Shown here piece after piece: positions 58,381 through 64,000 of a stretch of DNA of 64,000 nt. The notes under the pieces were generated by a model. It was given only the letters and a program-made list of their open reading frames with translations, made no database searches and was not told where the DNA came from. The stretch is from assembly GCA_024650005.2 (NCBI GenBank), contig CP122380.1, forward strand, positions 256,001-320,000, read 5' to 3'. Positions within the stretch are counted from its first letter, which is position 1. The number at the start of each line of letters is the position of its first letter. Origin of the DNA: Candidatus Bathyarchaeum tardum (GTDB lineage Archaea > Thermoproteota > Bathyarchaeia > Bathyarchaeales > Bathyarchaeaceae). A program made the position numbers and the translations under genes.

Positions 58381-60535
58381 GCGTTTTTCTACTTATCTTC
58401 CTTGGATGCTTCTACTTTTCATTGTTGTCTTTTCATTTATTGTTTATTTTGTTGGATTAAATCGATATACTGCTCCGCCTGGCTGTGATTACGGAAATTA
58501 CCTTACTCAAGTAGAAATTTTGCGTGGAAACGACTTGAGAGGATGGGGGCTTCGGCACAACCCCGTTTTTTTTGTTGTACTTGATATTTTCCTTAGGCTA
58601 TTTGAAGAGTTCACAGCACTGAAAATTGTAGCTTCTTTGGTCTTTGCAATAATCTCTATTCCATTTTTTCTTCTTGCAAGAAAACTCTCTGGCAATCCCC
58701 TTGTTGCCGTGATTTGTACATGGCTTTTTGTCTTCTTCATCAGCAATTCCGAGATGATTTCGTGGGGCGGCAACCCAAACATTCTAGGTTTTTCTTTCAT
58801 GCTTGTTACTCTATTCTTTTTTGTTGACCTAATGGAAGAACCCTCAAAAAAGAATCTGCTACTTTCAGGTTTTTTCTTGAGCTTAGTCGTTGGAACACAC
58901 ATTCTTGTTGCAATTTGCCTCATCTTTTCTTTTCTAATCTTCTTAATTGCCACAACTTGGGCAAGCAAGGGAATTAACAAAGTTCGAATCAAAAGTTTGT
59001 TTCTTCTAATTTTAGTTGCAATTGTATTTAGCCTACCCTACCTCTCTTTTTACGTTAGCTTTCTCACAAATTCGTCGAGTAACATGGTGGGGATTACACT
59101 GCTTTCAATGCAGATCCCCCAACTATCTTTCGATAGCATACTGGCAATCGGAGAATACTGGGCATTCTTTGTTGTAGCAATCATATTTGTGCTAGGGCTC
59201 TTTGCGCTATCAAAATATGTTAAAGAAGAACACAAGAATAACGGCTTACTTCTCTGCAGTCTTTTCATGTCTCCGCTGATTCTTGCTTTAATTACCGATC
59301 ATCCTATCCGATGGGTCTATTTTCTACCGATCCCCTTGTTTTTATGTTTCGGCATTTATTTACGAGACTTGTTCTTTAACACTAAAACTTCAGAAAAGAC
59401 CGTTAAGTTGCTTGCAATTTGTTTCATAGCAATAATCGGTTTCCACACAACAGTTATGATGTTTTATCATCTCCGTTCCGCCTCAGAAGTTTACCAGTTT
59501 ATAGGACAAGATGAAATCCAAGCGTTAAACTGGATTAAAGAAAATACTGCCCCGAATGCCATATTTGCAACCTCTGGGCATCCCAAAGGGGACATAGGTG
59601 GTGGAGGCAATTCATATTCATGGTGGATTGAAGGATACTGCACACGAGTTTGTATATCTTCTGGGGATCTCACGTACTATTCTTACAAAAATGAGCAAGA
59701 TCAAGTTCAAATTGCTAATCGCATTTTTGCAGGGACATACTTTGCTGAATATGACAACCTTAGAGTTACCGAGGGTTATCCTTCAAACAGCCCAAACCCG
59801 GGGATTTCTGCTTTTCTTGACAAAGATTATCAAGACATGATTAGCTTAAATGATGAGCTGCATCGTTTGTATTTTTCTCCAAACGAAAGTGAACAATTGT
59901 CCGTGTCTGGTTTCTACTCTGAAGATAAGAGTTTAAACATCCAATATGGCGATACTTGGGCAAACATTACTGTTACCTACGATTTGCCTTATTTTGAACT
60001 CGTCCGAAGTGTAATTATGGGTGAAGAAAAGTCTTCAGTGGATGTAGTCTTTCAAATACTGCCCAAAAACTCTTCGTTGACGTTGTTTAAGGTTAATTTG
60101 TGGTCCTTGTTTGAAGCAGCATTGGAAGATTGTAACATCAGTAATGATTATGGGGTTTCCCTTGACTATAATCTACTTGATGAAAGTGCACAAATCCAAA
60201 TCAGTTTGCTAGAAACCAACGGCAAAATTGAGAGCGCCCGAGTATTTTTTGATGACCCAAAAGGGTCTGCGCCAGTTGTGTCTTACTCTTTTGAACCTAT
60301 ACACGAGAGCCTTTATGTTCGTATTAGAGTATTCATTGAATCTTCCACAGATAATGCTGTTGACGATGACGAACTTCAATTTTACAATTCATACGACTTA
60401 ATCAAGGATTTACATATTGATTACATCGTCCTGAACAGGGGTCGACAAAACGAGTTTCAGAGATTTCTTTTCGACTCCGAACACTTTACCGAAGTGTTTC
60501 AAAACAAAGAAGTAGTGATATTCAAAGTCATTTAG
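58367..60535 (+). CDS. Polytopic membrane protein, GT-C-like fold
   Basis: About 11 TM, PG.D...Y in first loop, WGG.PN, AL.WIK.NT; overlaps GT4 stop. Confidence 0.7.
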   Translation: MLTNRRFSTYLPWMLLLFIVVFSFIVYFVGLNRYTAPPGCDYGNYLTQVEILRGNDLRGWGLRHNPVFFVVLDIFLRLFEEFTALKIVASLVFAIISIPFFLLARKLSGNPLVAVICTWLFVFFISNSEMISWGGNPNILGFSFMLVTLFFFVDLMEEPSKKNLLLSGFFLSLVVGTHILVAICLIFSFLIFLIATTWASKGINKVRIKSLFLLILVAIVFSLPYLSFYVSFLTNSSSNMVGITLLSMQIPQLSFDSILAIGEYWAFFVVAIIFVLGLFALSKYVKEEHKNNGLLLCSLFMSPLILALITDHPIRWVYFLPIPLFLCFGIYLRDLFFNTKTSEKTVKLLAICFIAIIGFHTTVMMFYHLRSASEVYQFIGQDEIQALNWIKENTAPNAIFATSGHPKGDIGGGGNSYSWWIEGYCTRVCISSGDLTYYSYKNEQDQVQIANRIFAGTYFAEYDNLRVTEGYPSNSPNPGISAFLDKDYQDMISLNDELHRLYFSPNESEQLSVSGFYSEDKSLNIQYGDTWANITVTYDLPYFELVRSVIMGEEKSSVDVVFQILPKNSSLTLFKVNLWSLFEAALEDCNISNDYGVSLDYNLLDESAQIQISLLETNGKIESARVFFDDPKGSAPVVSYSFEPIHESLYVRIRVFIESSTDNAVDDDELQFYNSYDLIKDLHIDYIVLNRGRQNEFQRFLFDSEHFTEVFQNKEVVIFKVI

Positions 60536-60684
60536 GCTACCATAAAATGGTATTTAGTCTCGTTAGCAGTTCCTTAGGCGAATATATTGTTAAACAAACG
60601 AAAATTAAGGCATTAGCTTTTTACATAAGACTGTTTTTGATTCAGGCAAAACCACACAAAAGTAAAAACTCAAGCGCCTCCCTG

Positions 60685-61275
60685 TCAAAATAGTGGGAGC
60701 GCGCTGACATAGATTTCAAAATAGTCAACATTTCTGTTTGAAGTAGCAAAAATCATGTTAATCGAGGCGGTTTCTCCGCTTTTCATAATTAAGGTGTAAC
60801 AGCCCCTCAAGGGATCGCCGTGGGAAAGGGTTCCGACAAAGTTTCCTTGCTTATCAAACATGTATACGTCTATACCTACAACACAATCGCTACGGAGTCC
60901 TTGGGAGAATTGAATAATTTCTTCCATGGCGTAGTCATTCCTGATTGTTGCGTTTATTACCACTGCCGGAACACCTTCATGCGGGTCGTAACCGCTGTCA
61001 GCCGTAAAGCTTACGTTGGAATAATCGTACCTCAGAGTTGCTGATTCAAGAAAAATTTTGGTTATTTTATCACTATTGTCTGGAAAATAAGGCGCCCTAG
61101 ATAAATAATGAGAACCAATCGTGATAGTGCCCAAATCTGACAGTGAATCGATTCGTTGATGTGATGACAGAATACTGCTTGCATAAACAGCAACTAGTAA
61201 ACTAACAAGTACAACAATGAGTGCGATTAACAATATCCGGATGTGTCTTCTCAACTCACTCAATCTCTTGGTCAT
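60685..61275 (-). CDS. Membrane-anchored hypothetical protein
   Basis: N-terminal TM, INATIRNDY beta-sandwich-like domain. Confidence 0.65.
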   Translation of the reverse strand: MTKRLSELRRHIRILLIALIVVLVSLLVAVYASSILSSHQRIDSLSDLGTITIGSHYLSRAPYFPDNSDKITKIFLESATLRYDYSNVSFTADSGYDPHEGVPAVVINATIRNDYAMEEIIQFSQGLRSDCVVGIDVYMFDKQGNFVGTLSHGDPLRGCYTLIMKSGETASINMIFATSNRNVDYFEIYVSALPLF

Positions 61276-61769
61276 ATCTGAGGATTAACTACAAAGTACA
61301 ATTTAACTTTTAAACACAACGAATCTAACTGCCTTTTTTTCTATAGTATTAACATATTCGGATTTGCAGAACTGCCCCACAGTGGTTATTGAAATGGTAC
61401 AACAACAAAACCGTAACTAACTTCAGGAACTGCAGTCTTCGAATTTTCTATTGTCACATGTTTTATGGAATCCAACATCCCCTGTTTTCCCCTTAGTTCA
61501 TTCTCTTGGAAATTAGGGCACAATTTAGCTCATGGATTAGAAGTACACGTATTAACTCCTGAACAACCAGTTGAGCCTTTCTATAAAATGTTAACTTTTT
61601 GATAAATCACAATATCTCTAATGTTATTGTCAATTTAATTCAAAGTCAAATAACAAGCGACATTACAAGTTATTTAAACAACTAAATCCACAAACTGGAT
61701 ATTTTTTAAATGCTAAGAGCTTTGACCCAACTAACGATCTTGTCGCCGACCTATTCAAAATAATATAAA

Positions 61770-61874
61770 TGGTGCCGAGGGCCGGACTTGAACCAGCGAC
61801 AACTCGGTCTTCAGCTTCACCCTCAACAACGTTTGTTGTTTAGTCGAGTGCTCTCCCAACTGAGCTACCTCAGC
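61770..61874 (-). tRNA. tRNA-Phe(GAA) with 29-nt intron at 30/31 (61816-61844)
   Basis: Cloverleaf with CCA; BHB CACT/GGTG with CGA and AAG bulges; splicing restores CTCGG/CCGAG. Confidence 0.92.
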
Positions 61875-61997
61875 GCCACTCAACATGAACGCCTACTTGT
61901 TTTTTAAGCTTTTTGAAAAGTTCAAGTTTTTCTGTCAGAAAAATTAACAAATACCTTTTATCGAGTCCAATGTTTTAACTTAACGGGTTGACTAATT

Positions 61998-62414
61998 ATG
62001 GATGCACAATGCCCTTTCTGTAACATCGCTAGTGGTGCTGCTTCAGCAAGCATTGTCTATGAAGATAGCAATGTTTTGGCGTTTATGGATTTGAATCCAA
62101 TTAGTGTAGGTCATATGTTAATTATTTCTCGAGAACATTGGACGAACTTGTATGATGTTCCTGAAGGCACATTAAATGAAATGATTGTTATTGTTAAGCG
62201 GGTTGCTGTCGCATTGAAAAAAGCTTTTGGATGTGATGGAATCCGAATAATTCAAAACAACGAACGGTCTGCAGGTCAAGTTGTTATGCATATTCATTTC
62301 CATGTTATACCGACTTTTGCTGGACAAAAACCAGCAACTAGGAATCTTGGGCGTGTAAGACAGAACCGAAAAGAGTTAGATGAAACAGCCCAGAAAATTC
62401 GAGAAAATCTATAA
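61998..62414 (+). CDS. HIT family nucleotide hydrolase
   Basis: CPFC.I, FMD..P...GH, AGQVV.HIHFHVIP. Confidence 0.93.
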   Translation: MDAQCPFCNIASGAASASIVYEDSNVLAFMDLNPISVGHMLIISREHWTNLYDVPEGTLNEMIVIVKRVAVALKKAFGCDGIRIIQNNERSAGQVVMHIHFHVIPTFAGQKPATRNLGRVRQNRKELDETAQKIRENL

Positions 62415-62417
62415 TCA

Positions 62418-62513
62418 TGGTGGGCCCGTCCGGATTTGAACCGGAGATCTCTTCCGCGTGAGGGAAGCGTCTTTTGGCCTCCATTTGGAGTTAACCAACT
62501 GGACAACGAGCCC
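62418..62513 (-). tRNA. tRNA-Val(CAC) with 19-nt D-arm intron at 21/22 (62473-62491)
   Basis: Cloverleaf with CCA; CTTCC-CTCACGC-GGAAG; BHB TGGT/GCCA with TAA and AAA bulges. Confidence 0.92.
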
Positions 62514-62728
62514 ATGTCTAACTCTAAACGGTTACATTATTCCTTTATATCTTTTGTAACTTGTTAGGTGCTGTTTTGCCTTAATTTTCAGTGCTTAGCA
62601 ACAGTTCTTTGTTTTGTATTTTCAAGAAAAAATTTGTTTTTAACATTCCACTCTTATTAGTGTTATAATTTGCAGGATTATTTTCACCCTGATTAATTTT
62701 GATTGTTTTTTGGAACTGAAAATTTTGG

Positions 62729-63304
62729 TTAAGTGTATTTTTTTAGTGGTAAGAATGGGTGAACTTGTCTTTTGTAGTTGATGAAGTGTTCACCAAGGTT
62801 TTGTGTTAGATAATTTGTTTCTTTTGAGGCAGTTATTGCGAGAAACAAAACCATGAGCAACCCCATACTAAATGCAATTGCCGTCAGGTACCACGGTGCG
62901 TGAATTAGTAATGTTGCTAGTGCGCCAATGGAAAACAGGAAAACTCCTGTGTACAATGGATGGCGTATGTATGCGTATATTCCTGTGACTTCAAGTTTTG
63001 AGGTTTTGCTGCAGTATCCTGCCCATGTGTGGGCGATGCCTAAATCCCGTTTAGATTTTACTACTGCTATGGTTCCCAGAACTGTGAGAGTAAACGCCGT
63101 AAAATCAAACATGGTCAGATAGTTCATAGTGGTTAGGGTGTATGCAGAGATTATTACTGGTCCAAAATATGTGAATTTTAGTAGTTGTGTGATTTTTTCG
63201 TTGATTAGGGGGACCATTCCATTTTTTTGTCTAAAGTCAGAAATGAAAACCACAAAGATGCCCATGGTTATGAACTGAGCCAGTTTAAAGATTGTAATCC
63301 ACAC
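62729..63304 (-). CDS. ICMT/PEMT-family membrane methyltransferase
   Basis: L.VTGIYAYIRHPLYTG, E..YL....G..F..YK..V.PFLP. Confidence 0.85.
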   Translation of the reverse strand: MWITIFKLAQFITMGIFVVFISDFRQKNGMVPLINEKITQLLKFTYFGPVIISAYTLTTMNYLTMFDFTAFTLTVLGTIAVVKSKRDLGIAHTWAGYCSKTSKLEVTGIYAYIRHPLYTGVFLFSIGALATLLIHAPWYLTAIAFSMGLLMVLFLAITASKETNYLTQNLGEHFINYKRQVHPFLPLKKYT

Positions 63305-63529
63305 TTTAAGCTACCTGACGGGTTGATTTTAGTAACAACATTATTTCTTGTATATAATTCCATTGAATTTTGATTCAGCGTTTATGCAGACACAATTCAA
63401 TGAAGAGTGTGTAGCGTTTTGATAAAACATTTTTTGGATAAAACTCTTGAAGAATCGTGAACTTGGTGTTTTTCTTGCTAGAGCAATAGTTAAATACGTG
63501 CGCTCTATTTATTGGTTCGTCGTTCAAAA

Positions 63530-63826
63530 ATGATCCGAAGACTTGTCTTAGATGTCTTAAAACCCCACAAACCAAGTGTTGTTGAAGTTTCTGAAGCTCT
63601 TAGTCACCTTGAAGGTGTGGAAGGCGTAAACATAATAATCAACGAAATAGACCAGCAAGTAGAAAACGCTAAAGTAATCATTGCAGGGATTTCCATAGAT
63701 TTTGCACAAATACAAGAAAAGCTTGAAGAGTTTGGAGCCACTATTCATTCTATCGACGAGGTTGCTGCTGGCAAGCGTATAGTTGAGGAAGTGAAAACCC
63801 CTCAAGATAGTTCTGCTAGAATGTGA
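63530..63826 (+). CDS. DUF211 family protein
   Basis: IRRLVLDVLKPH.P, EID, IHSIDEV..G. Confidence 0.9.
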   Translation: MIRRLVLDVLKPHKPSVVEVSEALSHLEGVEGVNIIINEIDQQVENAKVIIAGISIDFAQIQEKLEEFGATIHSIDEVAAGKRIVEEVKTPQDSSARM

Positions 63827-63845
63827 AATAGGTTAAGACCGTATT

Positions 63846-64000
63846 ATGAAATTTCTGGACAACCTTAGGCGCTATATCCAGATCAGTGGAGTAGGGCCAA
63901 TAAGCCGAAGATTCTTTATAATGAATGCCTTTGATGGAGCAACTACTGTACTTGGGGTAGTCGTAGGAGCCTACGCTGCGGGAATAAACAACGAGAGCTG
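63846..64000 (+). CDS. VIT1/CCC1-family membrane protein, 5' part (runs off window)
   Basis: MKFL...ISRRFFIMNAFDG..TVLG.V.G; usual partner of DUF211. Confidence 0.8.
   Translation, partial: MKFLDNLRRYIQISGVGPISRRFFIMNAFDGATTVLGVVVGAYAAGINNES

Noticed and set aside
61330-61590. Possible decayed zinc-ribbon gene on the minus strand (CPN..., HCGAVL)
   Set aside because: Too fragmentary to support
1-64000. CRISPR arrays, rRNA, transposases, inteins; many antisense ORFs in the track
   Set aside because: No regularly spaced repeats or such motifs were seen; RpoA/RpoB lengths leave no room for inteins; antisense ORFs are shadows of well-supported genes

Overview
Archaeal chromosomal window, most likely from a Bathyarchaeia genome. 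That placement is inferred from a NosD-type beta-helix protein with a C-terminal IPEF-TM anchor, fused RpoA'A'', tRNA introns at non-canonical positions, FtsZ and an Hdr/Mvh/Nfn repertoire. It carries cobamide lower-ligand genes (cobT, cobZ), a shortened RNA polymerase operon (rpoB-rpoA-rpl30e-nusA, without rpoH or rpsL/rpsG) and a large anaerobic redox block. That block holds hdrA-mvhD with a polyferredoxin, hypABCDEF, two mobB, an MvhD/ferredoxin fusion with nfnAB, hdrCB and a hoxEFUYH hydrogenase lying between two tRNA-Gly genes. There are four intron-containing tRNAs, each with its intron at a different position, and several decayed genes missed by the ORF track. The most striking unexplained element is a ~240-nt, apparently independently transcribed structured RNA at 19498-19736. 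It has paired ends, two long arms whose apical loops share a 16-nt motif, and G-U pairs that favour the + strand. Other candidates are an ECF S-component with Cys-less molybdopterin-domain surface proteins (possible Mo/W-cofactor uptake), a 17-aa acidic micropeptide, and a membrane-anchored wHTH regulator flanked by two secreted-protein genes sharing an upstream motif. No CRISPR array, rRNA or transposase was seen. All calls come from reading motifs by eye; no database searches were run.
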